Source: a virus. From it: a DNA stretch of 37,204 nt. Positions 1-9,731 of the stretch are shown here, in pieces (position 1 is the stretch's first letter; each line of letters opens with the position of its first letter). The notes under the pieces are model-generated. The model had not been told where the DNA came from. It ran no database searches and was given only the letters and a program-made list of their open reading frames with translations. The stretch lies in UHGV virus genome UHGV-0014568. One strand, written 5' to 3'. The position numbers and the translations under genes are program-made.

Positions 1-2435
1 ATCTCGTATGCCATTGATGCCCCCTGAGCGTCACCAGCAAATGCATCCTTCACCATGTCAGAAAACTCAAGGCGAAGATCAGCATCTTTAGGCATCGGAA
101 TACCTTTCGCATCATCAGTACCTTTACGAGCCGCCGCGCCAGCAAGAATTGTCTGCGCAGCGGTTTCAGGAGACACGGAAACATCCGGATTAAACCAGTT
201 TTTTTCTGCCAAAATACCACCAGGCTTGTCCATCAGTATCCCGGCAACGGCAGCAGATGGAGCGTTGGCACTGATCTGCTGTAGTGCTGACATATACACC
301 TGCCCACCACCAGTGCTCTGCCTGATGGTATCGAGATATGCTGCCTGTTGGGAAACTGGAGCATCACGAAAGAAAACACCGATCTGATTGGCCTCGTCTT
401 TGGAAAAGAACGTCAGTGGAGTGCCATATGACTTAGCAAGGTCACTGACCTGAGCGGCACGCAAGGCAACGCTCTGTCCAAAGTTATCCTTATTGCTCAT
501 GTCGATAGGCTTTGCCTGTCCGGAGGCAAGAGAGAACTGCACAGGATCCGACTGCCGCTGCTTTATCACCTGATTTGCAGCCGAAACAACGTTGTCATAA
601 AGAGCTGCGCGAGACGCATAACCCTCTCCTGTCTCACCAGTATCCGGGCGTAATTGCTCAACATATGCGGTAATGCTGCTTGTCGGCATGTTGCGGAAAG
701 AGCCTATATACTGTCCGGCGATCTGCGTATTTCTGAACTCGGTATATCGCAGGTTTCCTTCTCTGACGCCATAAGCTGCAATAAAATCAGCCTCACCAGG
801 TGGGTTAGGAAATTCAACGCCACGCATATACGCAGCCGTCGCATCGCGAACCTGGCTGTCAATCATCGTTTTATATTCAGCCTGCTGCTGCCGACGAAGT
901 TGATCCGCCTGTCGCATAAAACTTGCCTGCGCCTCAGGAGATGCCGCATCGAATGCTGCATTACCGGTATAGCGTTTGGTGTTGGTTGGAATTGTTGATA
1001 AACCAAGTGCTGCACTGACACCAGCAGTTAACTGCTGATCACTGTATGGCTGACTACCGTTCTCATGATGGATAATGGCTGCACAAAGCGCCTTCAGGGT
1101 ATCAGGATTTGATGCATCGAGAGGCTCATCAGCAGAAACGCCAAGTTGTTCGCACACTGCTTTGATATACGACATAGTGTCATTTTTATCAGTAGGAGGT
1201 GCCCAGCGATTAATTATCTCACTGACGGTATCAATACCCTGCCGCTGATACGACATCAGGTTACGCCCTAATGCACGAATCCCGTGCTCAGGTGTTTCGA
1301 ATTTAGCAAATCGACCATCATCACCGGTCTGGCCTACCCACGGATTAGTTTTGCTGTATTCGAGATTTCCTGGGTTGTTATTACGGATACCGCGAGCACC
1401 ACCTTTTACGTAATACTGATCCTGCTGTTCGTGAAGTTTCTCAGCATAGGCGGTCGCATTCTCAGGGTTATCGAATATTCCAAGGTGTTTTCCAGTTTTT
1501 TCATACAGAGCAATAGCTTCGTCATCGGTAAGCAATTTTCCATCATCACTGACGGTGGGAATGAGAACTTCTCCAGCTTCCGTGCCTATAGAAATTGTTC
1601 GAACGGTACTGATAGTCCCATCTTCATTTTTGACAGATGGGCGGTTGAAGAGATTAATATTTCCTTGAACAACCATTCCCTTTGTGGACTTTGGCTCTCC
1701 ACCATAAGGATTAACAATAGCCCGCTTTGATCCAGCAGCAGTATCGCTTAACTCGCCATTACTTTGGATAAATGAGATCGCATTGTTTGCCGACCACTGG
1801 GACAATGCTGCATCAGCAACCTTCTCTTTAAACTCGATTTTCTTGGCCTGTATTTGCTCGTCGCTCCAGCCATGTGCAGCACCGTACTCCTCAATTTGCT
1901 GGAAAGTTTGCTTATTAGCCAATACGTATGCGGCATTGTCGCCATACAATGCTGCGGCATTTTTACCATTGTTCAGCAGCGTCGCCTGAAACTGACCTTC
2001 TTCGTAGGCATTAATTTGCCCTATCTCGTGCCGCCCGGCCTGCGTAGTGAACTGAATGCGCTGCTGCTGTGCCTGCTGCATGAAAGCATTACGAGCCTGT
2101 TCATCCGGCAGCGACATAGCCAGTTGCTCGACCTGGGCATCAAACTGCTGCGTATACTCCTGACCTTTTCCAATAGCATTTTTCCCTTTCAGGTTAAGCA
2201 AACCTGTTTCAGGGTTATTCAGCAGATCGCTGCTTATCTGGCTTAAGCTAAGAGAAGCATCCTGAGCCATAGCAACATTCGCACGCTGTTTTGCCTGCGC
2301 AATAATGCCTGCATATTGCTCTGCAACATCGCCAAGTACATCACCGACATTTGGTGTCTGAAACGATGAGAATCCCTGCGTCGAAATCCCTCTGCTCTGA
2401 ACCTGACGGCCCGATGTTGTTGGTACAACTGGCAT
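1..2435 (-). CDS. Large virion internal/ejection-type structural protein, 3' end runs off the window (at least 811 codons)
   Basis: ATG at 2435 with AAGGGG RBS upstream; reading frame stays open to position 1, so it is absent from the ORF track, which appears to list only ORFs closed inside the window. Sits after the gp13/gp14-like genes in a T7-like order. Function is positional inference. Confidence 0.45.
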   Translation of the reverse strand, partial: MPVVPTTSGRQVQSRGISTQGFSSFQTPNVGDVLGDVAEQYAGIIAQAKQRANVAMAQDASLSLSQISSDLLNNPETGLLNLKGKNAIGKGQEYTQQFDAQVEQLAMSLPDEQARNAFMQQAQQQRIQFTTQAGRHEIGQINAYEEGQFQATLLNNGKNAAALYGDNAAYVLANKQTFQQIEEYGAAHGWSDEQIQAKKIEFKEKVADAALSQWSANNAISFIQSNGELSDTAAGSKRAIVNPYGGEPKSTKGMVVQGNINLFNRPSVKNEDGTISTVRTISIGTEAGEVLIPTVSDDGKLLTDDEAIALYEKTGKHLGIFDNPENATAYAEKLHEQQDQYYVKGGARGIRNNNPGNLEYSKTNPWVGQTGDDGRFAKFETPEHGIRALGRNLMSYQRQGIDTVSEIINRWAPPTDKNDTMSYIKAVCEQLGVSADEPLDASNPDTLKALCAAIIHHENGSQPYSDQQLTAGVSAALGLSTIPTNTKRYTGNAAFDAASPEAQASFMRQADQLRRQQQAEYKTMIDSQVRDATAAYMRGVEFPNPPGEADFIAAYGVREGNLRYTEFRNTQIAGQYIGSFRNMPTSSITAYVEQLRPDTGETGEGYASRAALYDNVVSAANQVIKQRQSDPVQFSLASGQAKPIDMSNKDNFGQSVALRAAQVSDLAKSYGTPLTFFSKDEANQIGVFFRDAPVSQQAAYLDTIRQSTGGGQVYMSALQQISANAPSAAVAGILMDKPGGILAEKNWFNPDVSVSPETAAQTILAGAAARKGTDDAKGIPMPKDADLRLEFSDMVKDAFAGDAQGASMAYE

Positions 2436-2447
2436 CTTATTATCCCC

Positions 2448-2987
2448 TTATCGACCGGTTGGAGTGCCAACAGCAGCAGAAATCGGCGCAGCCTTCTGAG
2501 AGAACGGGCTCCACGTTCCGCCTCCCATCTGGTATGCACCGTATGCTTTTAGTGGTGCCGTTAACAAAGTGCTGGTCATCGATGATTTAGCAGCCGACTG
2601 AGCAGCTGCCCCCTGTGCCTGAGCATTCATTCCCTGAACCTGATACCCATATGCCTCACGCTGAGCATTATTCACTGTCGTTAACGCATCAAGAGTGCCG
2701 AACTGAGCATTATCCGCAAAAACGTCAAGAGCTGTTCCGCTACTTAATTCCGCACCGGTAGCCCCCATAGTAGCCGCCGCAGTGCCTGAGCGTTGACGCA
2801 TTTCACGACGACGCTGATCTGCTTCAATATTCCCACTATTGATTGAATCCTGTGCCTGAGCTTCAGCAATTTCAGCATTCCGATCAGCTATGGCTGACTG
2901 GTATTTTGCCTGCTTGCTCTGGCTGTACATTGACGCGGCTGTGGATGCCACTGTGACGGCAACCAAAGCGATGGCTGGGTTACACAT
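2448..2987 (-). CDS. Internal virion protein with N-terminal hydrophobic segment and Ala/Gln-rich coiled region (T7 gp14-like position)
   Basis: 179-aa ORF; hydrophobic N-terminus then low-complexity A/Q-rich sequence; tightly packed between neighbouring structural genes. Confidence 0.4.
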   Translation of the reverse strand: MCNPAIALVAVTVASTAASMYSQSKQAKYQSAIADRNAEIAEAQAQDSINSGNIEADQRRREMRQRSGTAAATMGATGAELSSGTALDVFADNAQFGTLDALTTVNNAQREAYGYQVQGMNAQAQGAAAQSAAKSSMTSTLLTAPLKAYGAYQMGGGTWSPFSQKAAPISAAVGTPTGR

Positions 2988-3451
2988 TATTTTCTCTCCA
3001 TGTGAAATCTGTGGAAATTAAGACCAAGAGCACCATAAGGCGCGGCTTCTTCAAGCCTGAATCCAAGCCAGTGCAGCCATGCTTTGGCAACATGGTTTCG
3101 CTCGTCGACGTAGTTTTCCAGGCGCGGATAAACTGCCAGCATCAGCTGCAATACAGGGCGGCAGTGGCGAAGAAATGTCTTCTGATATTTTTCAATACGG
3201 CTGGTTCCGACCAGCCAGGGTGTACCATTGCCACCGATCATTGACGCCGGAGATACACCAAACATGGTTACCAGTTCTCCGTTCGCGAACCCTGACCAGG
3301 CCATAGTCGCAGTGCGAAGACCAACACGCAGCGCATCTTCGGTAGTCATCAGCGATACCGCATACAGTTCGTCAATATCAGCCTGACGAACATCCGGCAA
3401 AATCATCTGAAGATGCTCTTCGGTAGCGGGAATAATTCGAACATCGATCAT
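2987..3451 (-). CDS. Virion structural protein (T7 gp13-like position)
   Basis: 154-aa ORF; its ends share a base with each neighbouring gene (start at 3451 = stop of upstream gene, stop at 2987 = start of downstream gene); position only. Confidence 0.35.
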   Translation of the reverse strand: MIDVRIIPATEEHLQMILPDVRQADIDELYAVSLMTTEDALRVGLRTATMAWSGFANGELVTMFGVSPASMIGGNGTPWLVGTSRIEKYQKTFLRHCRPVLQLMLAVYPRLENYVDERNHVAKAWLHWLGFRLEEAAPYGALGLNFHRFHMERK

Positions 3452-5922
3452 CAGAATCCCCCAACAGTAAGGCGAGGAATAACAGCAAGAACAGACAGCG
3501 GCAACGGGTCAAGCTGACGGATTCTTACACGTCCGTTTTTGCCCCAGTTACTGTCCAGTTTCACTTCTACTTTTCCGGTAGCGTCATCAATAGGATCATC
3601 GTAGAACTCGAATTCACGCTGTGGATATTCGTACCATTTACCGCCGGGCGTAGTCGCCCAGATGCCGCGGCTGGCATTCACAACCAGAGTAACGGAGGGG
3701 ATCACCTGTTTTTTGTCCAGCAGCGTTTCCTGTCCGTTAATGTTGATATCCAGTGTTTCGAATTCAGCAGTTATTGGCAGGCCGATGTGCACTACAGCCC
3801 CTGGTGATTCAAGCGTGACGGCACCTCCGGAAACTACTTTCTGTGGTTCCACGTTCGCATCAGAGAGGATGTTTACGGTCTGACCTTCAAGATGAGACAA
3901 GCCGCCAAATGCCCGGCGCGCCATCTGCCAGTTCGTGGTGGCCACATTCCTGAGGGATGGCGGGACGTTCCTGTTAGCACGAACCACTACAGCGGTGTTG
4001 CTGGTTACAGAAATAATGTCGCAACGTAATTCTTTTGACACTTCATCGCCAGTATCAGGATCAGTTCCGGTATAAGGGAACTGTAGTTGCGCACCGACAT
4101 CACTACTGGTGAAGTACGCACCACCAGAAATACTGATTGTATATTCCGCGCGGTAATCCCATTCGCCAGAACCACCAGTGATGGTCATCGTTCTGTCAGA
4201 CGTATTTCTTCCATCATAGCTAAGGCCAGAATCAACAAAGAAAGCATCTTCATCGCTGGTAAATAAACGGCTGGACAGCCGCTCGATGTATCTCACTGTT
4301 TGCCCGTTAACGGTTCGGTTAACGACGAAATACACTGCATCTTCATTGCCTTCGCTGATACTGCATGTGCTTTCATATTTTCCGGTACTGGATTGTGGTG
4401 CCCATGCAAAAACCTGCTGATCACGCAAATAGGTCATCACCAGTAATTTACCGTCATCACGAATGCAGAAGGCGCTGGAGTAAGGGACAATAGAGAAGCA
4501 CCAGTCAACAATGCTGTGCTTCTGAAAAAGATGATTGGCAAGGATGGTCAGGTCGTTCCCCTGATAGCCGTCAACATCGAATGAGTAGGCCAGATCACGG
4601 ACAACACTGCCTTTCTCCTGGACGAACAGAGCAATATTCGCCACGGCAATTGGTGGGACATTGCTCGAGCCATTTGATCCCTGAGAGCTGAATGCAAATG
4701 ATGATGGGGTAAGCACTTTGTTCTGGTCGCCGGTGATGACGTACTCACCTCCGGAAGTCAGCGCCACCAGCGAACCGACATCAATCAGGTGGCGGATCTC
4801 ATTAACCTGACGCCCGGCATAGGTGTAGATAATTCTGTCGTCATCCTGCGTAGGATTGCTTTTGCCAAAATCCTTATAATCCCCGGTACGGCTGGCCCAG
4901 ATAGTCTGAGGGAACGCAGTCGATGCGGCGAAGTAAAGACGTTGTTGATAATAAACAACAGTGCCAGGATAACCATTAACACTGTTCCAGGCATATTTAG
5001 CCCATTTATAGCTGGCATTATCCTCGCCAACTACCTGCGAAGGGATATAGGAAATCACCTCGGCAGTTGCAGTAGTTCCATTTGCAGCAGTGATACGGGC
5101 AATGCCAAAACCACTGTGCAGATATTCCCACTCAATGCCAGTATCATCATTACCGGATCCGCCCCAGCCATCCCATGATGTGCCTTCTGTATGCGAAGGG
5201 CGCAAAGTACCTGTTTTGCCTGCTGTAACGGCTCGATAGTAGTTACTGTCTGCACGGCGAATATCGCCAATAGACGTACTCTTACTGGTTTCCCATACCG
5301 GCACTGAATCCACTGCAGGCTGTTCCAGATAGAACAATTTGCCTACCTGCTCCGCGCCAAAAATAGAGGCGCTTGCCGTTAACGTAATTGTCCCGGTGCT
5401 GGCGCTGGCATAAACCGTCACTGACTCGTCAATATTGATATCTTCAAATGGCCCGTTCTTCGTTACCACATCAACCAGTTGCCAGTTGTCATGAGCATAT
5501 CGGCGCAACTCTTTCGGCGGGTATGCCGGGTGAACCAGCGTAAGCACGTCGGCGCTTTGCGTGAATTTAATTCGGAACAGATCGGCTTCAGTATATGGCG
5601 TGGCAATTTCATAAATAACATTGCTGCTGTTCAGCACCAACGCACCATCTTTGATAACGCGCATGTACTGGTGTCCGAACTCCAGAGCATAGGTCTGAAC
5701 CGTCGAGAACTGGAACGGGATCAGGCGGCATTTCCGATTTGGGTATTTGGCGGCACCGACAAAACGCGTACCAGGTCGATTCTCAACGCCGCCATACTGC
5801 CGCACGATAAAGTTATCGCACTTGCGCAATGCCACCTGGTACTTCGCCATGTCAATACGCCCGTACAACGACGGTCCAATCTCACCACCGGCAAAGCTGG
5901 GCTGGATCCAACTGATAGCCAT
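3451..5922 (-). CDS. Tail tubular protein B-like (nozzle) protein
   Basis: 823-aa ORF directly after a ~200-aa gene, as T7 gp11/gp12 are; N-terminus MAISWIQPSFAGGEIGPSLYGR resembles the start of podovirus nozzle proteins (recollection). Confidence 0.45.
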   Translation of the reverse strand: MAISWIQPSFAGGEIGPSLYGRIDMAKYQVALRKCDNFIVRQYGGVENRPGTRFVGAAKYPNRKCRLIPFQFSTVQTYALEFGHQYMRVIKDGALVLNSSNVIYEIATPYTEADLFRIKFTQSADVLTLVHPAYPPKELRRYAHDNWQLVDVVTKNGPFEDINIDESVTVYASASTGTITLTASASIFGAEQVGKLFYLEQPAVDSVPVWETSKSTSIGDIRRADSNYYRAVTAGKTGTLRPSHTEGTSWDGWGGSGNDDTGIEWEYLHSGFGIARITAANGTTATAEVISYIPSQVVGEDNASYKWAKYAWNSVNGYPGTVVYYQQRLYFAASTAFPQTIWASRTGDYKDFGKSNPTQDDDRIIYTYAGRQVNEIRHLIDVGSLVALTSGGEYVITGDQNKVLTPSSFAFSSQGSNGSSNVPPIAVANIALFVQEKGSVVRDLAYSFDVDGYQGNDLTILANHLFQKHSIVDWCFSIVPYSSAFCIRDDGKLLVMTYLRDQQVFAWAPQSSTGKYESTCSISEGNEDAVYFVVNRTVNGQTVRYIERLSSRLFTSDEDAFFVDSGLSYDGRNTSDRTMTITGGSGEWDYRAEYTISISGGAYFTSSDVGAQLQFPYTGTDPDTGDEVSKELRCDIISVTSNTAVVVRANRNVPPSLRNVATTNWQMARRAFGGLSHLEGQTVNILSDANVEPQKVVSGGAVTLESPGAVVHIGLPITAEFETLDININGQETLLDKKQVIPSVTLVVNASRGIWATTPGGKWYEYPQREFEFYDDPIDDATGKVEVKLDSNWGKNGRVRIRQLDPLPLSVLAVIPRLTVGGF

Positions 5923-6527
5923 CAGGACAACCTCGCAATGGTAAACTCATCAACCGGTGGCTGTGGTTCCTGTGATTCATTCTGGCTATGCGAGCCAGCA
6001 CTAAGAATCACGCGATTGTACATATTGAGGGCAAACGTACCGAGGTCTGCATTCCCAGTCAGCGCCATGTTAATAGCTGCCGCAAGACGCCAGGCCAACG
6101 CCTCCATAAAAATGGCATCAAACATGTTCACATCTGTAACGCGAGAGACATACTTGAGCCATGCCTGAGGCTGGTCTGTGTAGATCAACTTTCCTGTTCC
6201 GTTGGTGTCTGCACCAACTTCGTACTGAACGCGCATTGCTGCTGTTGGATTGCGTACACCAGGAAGCATAATTTCAGTAATGCGCAGACAATCGGACGGG
6301 TACTGATACGCATATTCCCAGTCAGGCGGTGGATTGCTCGTATCTGCAAGCGCCACGCGTTTGGTAGCAAAGTTCCAGTCAAAATCAGAAAGCACAGCAT
6401 CACGGCAGGCCTCAAAGTGCAGAGAACATTCCCCCGCTTCCTTGCTGGCTTCCGTCAGGCTGTTAATGCTGCGGCTATTGCCAATATTGGACAGCGCACG
6501 ATTGCAGATCTCTACTACAGAGGCCAT
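5922..6527 (-). CDS. Tail tubular protein A-like (adaptor/gatekeeper) protein
   Basis: 201-aa ORF directly upstream of the nozzle-like gene; size and position match T7 gp11-type proteins. Confidence 0.4.
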   Translation of the reverse strand: MASVVEICNRALSNIGNSRSINSLTEASKEAGECSLHFEACRDAVLSDFDWNFATKRVALADTSNPPPDWEYAYQYPSDCLRITEIMLPGVRNPTAAMRVQYEVGADTNGTGKLIYTDQPQAWLKYVSRVTDVNMFDAIFMEALAWRLAAAINMALTGNADLGTFALNMYNRVILSAGSHSQNESQEPQPPVDEFTIARLS

Positions 6528-6856
6528 TACTCACCCCCATTGCCGTACAGGGTTTCAGCCGCTGATTTTTCTACATCCCCGGAAACAGGAGCGATCGCCA
6601 TATCAGTGATCTGCAGATCGGCGCTGCGATTAACACCATCGTCAGTTTCTCTGGCAGACAGGCCTCGAATAACAGCCTTTGCAGTTATCATCACTTCTGT
6701 TCCGACGCCCTGAGGTTGCGCCTTCAGCTTATTCAATGTGTCGTTATTAAGAGTGATGCACAGCCCCCACGGGTATTCATCGCGAGTTCTGGTTTCTCCG
6801 CTCTCATCCTGGTAGCTGTCAGTGCCGGTTTTGAGGTTTACGAGTTCCATATACAC
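6527..6856 (-). CDS. Small virion-associated protein, unknown function
   Basis: 109-aa ORF inside the head/tail structural block. Confidence 0.35.
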   Translation of the reverse strand: MYMELVNLKTGTDSYQDESGETRTRDEYPWGLCITLNNDTLNKLKAQPQGVGTEVMITAKAVIRGLSARETDDGVNRSADLQITDMAIAPVSGDVEKSAAETLYGNGGE

Positions 6857-6900
6857 TCCTGCAATAAAGGGGCCGAAGCCCCTTGTCTGATTCGCGAGGC

Positions 6901-7245
6901 TTACACGCCCAGTTCTTTACGCTTATCTGCGATCTTCTCGCGGAGCGTTTCGGCTTTGGCGTTATGGTGTGGCTTCTCGTTAAAGAGCAATTCGTACTCT
7001 TCACGGAGCTTATCCAGTTCACCATCATCTGACACATCGTTGATGATTTTGGTGCTGGTTGCTGCCATAGACACCTTTCCTGCTACCTTTGCTTTTGCCT
7101 GTCTGGCTGCATCGTTAACAGGTTCCAGTGCGCTACCAGGCTCACCTTCGTATTCGATTTCTGCCCCCTCCGGCCACAGTGTGTTATGGATATGAGAGAG
7201 GCGCAGAACGCGGTATCTTGGTTTCTCACCTGACATCGATATCAC
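6901..7245 (-). CDS. Small virion-associated protein, unknown function
   Basis: 114-aa charged ORF in the structural block. Confidence 0.35.
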   Translation of the reverse strand: MISMSGEKPRYRVLRLSHIHNTLWPEGAEIEYEGEPGSALEPVNDAARQAKAKVAGKVSMAATSTKIINDVSDDGELDKLREEYELLFNEKPHHNAKAETLREKIADKRKELGV

Positions 7246-7246
7246 C

Positions 7247-7684
7247 TTAACCAGTTACTTTTGAGCGGATCGGATACGGCGTATTGGCATCAACATCAAG
7301 ACTGATACCAGCAGTGAATTCGCCAGCCGTTAGTGGGCCAGTTGCGACGGAGTAGTTAACACGCAGATATCGCTTAACACCGGCAGGCACCTTTGCAGAA
7401 ACAATTCGTTTACCTGCTGTCAGGGCGGTCTTTGCCAGTGCGCCACTATCATAAATAGTGGTCCATGAGCTGTTATTCTCACTCGTCTGCAACTGGATGT
7501 TTACAGTTGCATCACCGCTTGCCGCGGCGGCTGTGTTAACCAGCGCCCAAAACTCAAGCGGGTAACCCACGCCGATATCACGATGTTTTCCGTCAATTGG
7601 ACCGAGATCGATTACGTCAGTAGAAGCCGCGGTATTCGTAACCGCCTGAGCTTCGGAGAACATCAACAGTTTGTCGGTGATCAT
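7247..7684 (-). CDS. Putative minor capsid/decoration protein
   Basis: 145-aa ORF immediately downstream of the major capsid gene, with GGAGAAAG RBS; Ser/Thr/Ala-rich beta-type composition. Confidence 0.35.
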   Translation of the reverse strand: MITDKLLMFSEAQAVTNTAASTDVIDLGPIDGKHRDIGVGYPLEFWALVNTAAAASGDATVNIQLQTSENNSSWTTIYDSGALAKTALTAGKRIVSAKVPAGVKRYLRVNYSVATGPLTAGEFTAGISLDVDANTPYPIRSKVTG

Positions 7685-7699
7685 CTTCTTTCTCCATTA

Positions 7700-7719
7700 G
7701 TGGGTCTGTTACGACCCAC
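7700..7719 (-). other. Perfect 7-bp stem hairpin (GTGGGTC-N6-GACCCAC) just after the major capsid stop
   Basis: Inverted repeat between capsid stop (7736) and the next start (7684); no U-run follows, so attenuator or RNA-processing/stability element rather than a full terminator. Confidence 0.4.
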
Positions 7720-7735
7720 AGGTTAATAACAGGCG

Positions 7736-8728
7736 TTACACCACGCGGGCTTCTGTTTCCAGAAGCGCATCAGTTTCACGGATTGGTACACCACGGAATG
7801 AAGTCCACCACTCGCCTTCTGTCTCTTTTACGCTGATCGCCAGAGATGTTTTCTCCAGAGATTGCAGATCAAGAGCCTGGCCTACAGTGCGGTTCATGTA
7901 GAACACTGGGCGCCCCATGCCACGGTTTGGAATGCGATGCAGTGCTTTAACCATCAACTTCGCAATATTTGCGGCAGAGGAAGGTTCTGAAAGATTGCTG
8001 ACATCGATGTTTGCAATGCGAACGACATAACGCCAGTCACGCAGAGCAAGTCCGTTATCCCATTTGTAATGGGTACGGTAGCCTTCGTACTTGCCGCCAT
8101 TAGCATCTTCCAGTGTCACCTGGCCTTTATCTTCCATCTGAATGCCAGCCTTCTGCCCTTTCGGGAAGATGCCATGCACGGTGTTTTCGCCCCACACCAC
8201 TAACCAGATTGAGGTGTTATCTGTACCCGTGCCACCAGCATCAATGATGTTCTGAGCATTACCCGCAGACAGGCTGGAATAGCGGGAGGACAGCCCCATA
8301 AACTGCTGAGGGTTAACGCTGGAATCACCATAAAACAGCGTCTGCGCCATCTGCTGATTCATCGCTTCAATAAATGCTCGGTCTTCAGACAGGCGGAATT
8401 CGGCGGTATTGCCGTTCAGATCAGCCAGTGACTTATCGACTTCAGCATAGGTTTCCAGCATGCCAACGGAATCGGTGACCTGCACTGTGGTTGATTTGCT
8501 TGGCTGTACGCCATAGTTCAGCAAACGCCAGGTAGCTGAAGGTAAACCAGAACGAATGGTGGTTCGGTGTCCGGTAGGAAGGTTCCCTTCGACAAAAGGC
8601 ATATCCTGAAGGATCGGGTTAGTTTGACCGAGAAGCTCGATAATCTTATCGACTTTCCCGTTTGGATCGACGCGCTTACCCCAGTCAGCCAGCGTTAGCG
8701 CAGTTAAGCCTTTAACAGCCATTGTCAT
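7736..8728 (-). CDS. Major capsid protein
   Basis: 330-aa ORF directly after the scaffold-like gene and followed by a hairpin; size and position typical of an HK97-fold coat protein. Confidence 0.65.
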   Translation of the reverse strand: MTMAVKGLTALTLADWGKRVDPNGKVDKIIELLGQTNPILQDMPFVEGNLPTGHRTTIRSGLPSATWRLLNYGVQPSKSTTVQVTDSVGMLETYAEVDKSLADLNGNTAEFRLSEDRAFIEAMNQQMAQTLFYGDSSVNPQQFMGLSSRYSSLSAGNAQNIIDAGGTGTDNTSIWLVVWGENTVHGIFPKGQKAGIQMEDKGQVTLEDANGGKYEGYRTHYKWDNGLALRDWRYVVRIANIDVSNLSEPSSAANIAKLMVKALHRIPNRGMGRPVFYMNRTVGQALDLQSLEKTSLAISVKETEGEWWTSFRGVPIRETDALLETEARVV

Positions 8729-8736
8729 TTCCTCTC

Positions 8737-9438
8737 TTATTTGCCATAGAGCACTTCGGCCGCACTACGCTGGCCTTCATTACCACCGGTGACCATGCCA
8801 TCTTCAGACATCGCCTTTCCGATTTTCACGAACGTTTTGACCAGATCAGGGTGATTACCCAGCCCGGTGGCGTTCAGATACTCTTTGAGTTCAGGTGTCC
8901 CGAACTGGTCAAGCGCACGCTGTGCAGCGCTAAGGTTAGAAATCAACTTGTCGCCACCGATTTCTTTGTCAGCTTTTACATCCGCAGCCCACTGCTCGGT
9001 TGTTTTCTGCCAGGCTTCTGCCTGGCGCTGCTGAACACCTGCCAGAATCTTCGGATAAGCATCAACCAGCTTTTGCGCTTGCTCGTTGGTCAGGTTAAGT
9101 TCTCGCGCCACCGGCTCGAATTCCTTCAACGCTTCTGTATCCAGCTCTACGCCTTCGGCAGCCTGAAACTCGTACTTCTCAGGCGCACCCTCCGGTTTAT
9201 CGCCGTCCTTTTTTTCACCCTGCTTATCGCTTTCAGGCTTTTTGTCATCAGCAGGCTTATCGCCATCAGCAACAGGTTGTGTCTTATCACCTTCCTGTTG
9301 TGATGGATCACCAACTGGAGCAGGGTTATCACCTGCAGGCGCTGACGGTTCTGACGCAGCCGGAGCTGCTCCACCATCGACTGGTTGCTCATTGCAAAGA
9401 CGGCGATACAGCAAACGCTCAAATAAATTCATGATCAC
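8737..9438 (-). CDS. Scaffolding protein
   Basis: 233-aa highly acidic low-complexity protein (Asp/Glu/Lys/Pro-rich N-half, helical C-half) between portal and capsid genes. Confidence 0.5.
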   Translation of the reverse strand: MIMNLFERLLYRRLCNEQPVDGGAAPAASEPSAPAGDNPAPVGDPSQQEGDKTQPVADGDKPADDKKPESDKQGEKKDGDKPEGAPEKYEFQAAEGVELDTEALKEFEPVARELNLTNEQAQKLVDAYPKILAGVQQRQAEAWQKTTEQWAADVKADKEIGGDKLISNLSAAQRALDQFGTPELKEYLNATGLGNHPDLVKTFVKIGKAMSEDGMVTGGNEGQRSAAEVLYGK

Positions 9439-9731
9439 TCCTGTTCACTGGCCTCTTTGGCCATCTTCAAATACTGTTCAGGGCAATGCGCCATAACGCG
9501 CTGAAACAGTTCCAGCGCCAGATTGCGTTGCCCCTCATTAAATGCCATTGCCATAGCGTCCATCGGTGAGATAGCGGAAAACACACGGCCTTTCTCCAGC
9601 ACCGACCAGACAACGCGACGCCCCTGTTCACTGCTCATGACAAAGCGAATGTCATCAATTTCACGCTGCGCCATGTCACGTTGCTTACGGGCGTTTTCTT
9701 CTTTCAGTTGATCGTCTTCGTAATCTGTCAT
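9435..9731 (-). CDS. Small protein between portal and scaffold genes
   Basis: 98-aa ORF whose ends overlap the portal stop and scaffold start by 4 nt each, suggesting translational coupling. Confidence 0.4.
   Translation of the reverse strand: MTDYEDDQLKEENARKQRDMAQREIDDIRFVMSSEQGRRVVWSVLEKGRVFSAISPMDAMAMAFNEGQRNLALELFQRVMAHCPEQYLKMAKEASEQE

Noticed and set aside
5479-6168. 229-aa plus-strand ORF
   Set aside because: Antisense to the tail-tube-like genes; Arg/Cys-rich shadow frame with no RBS.
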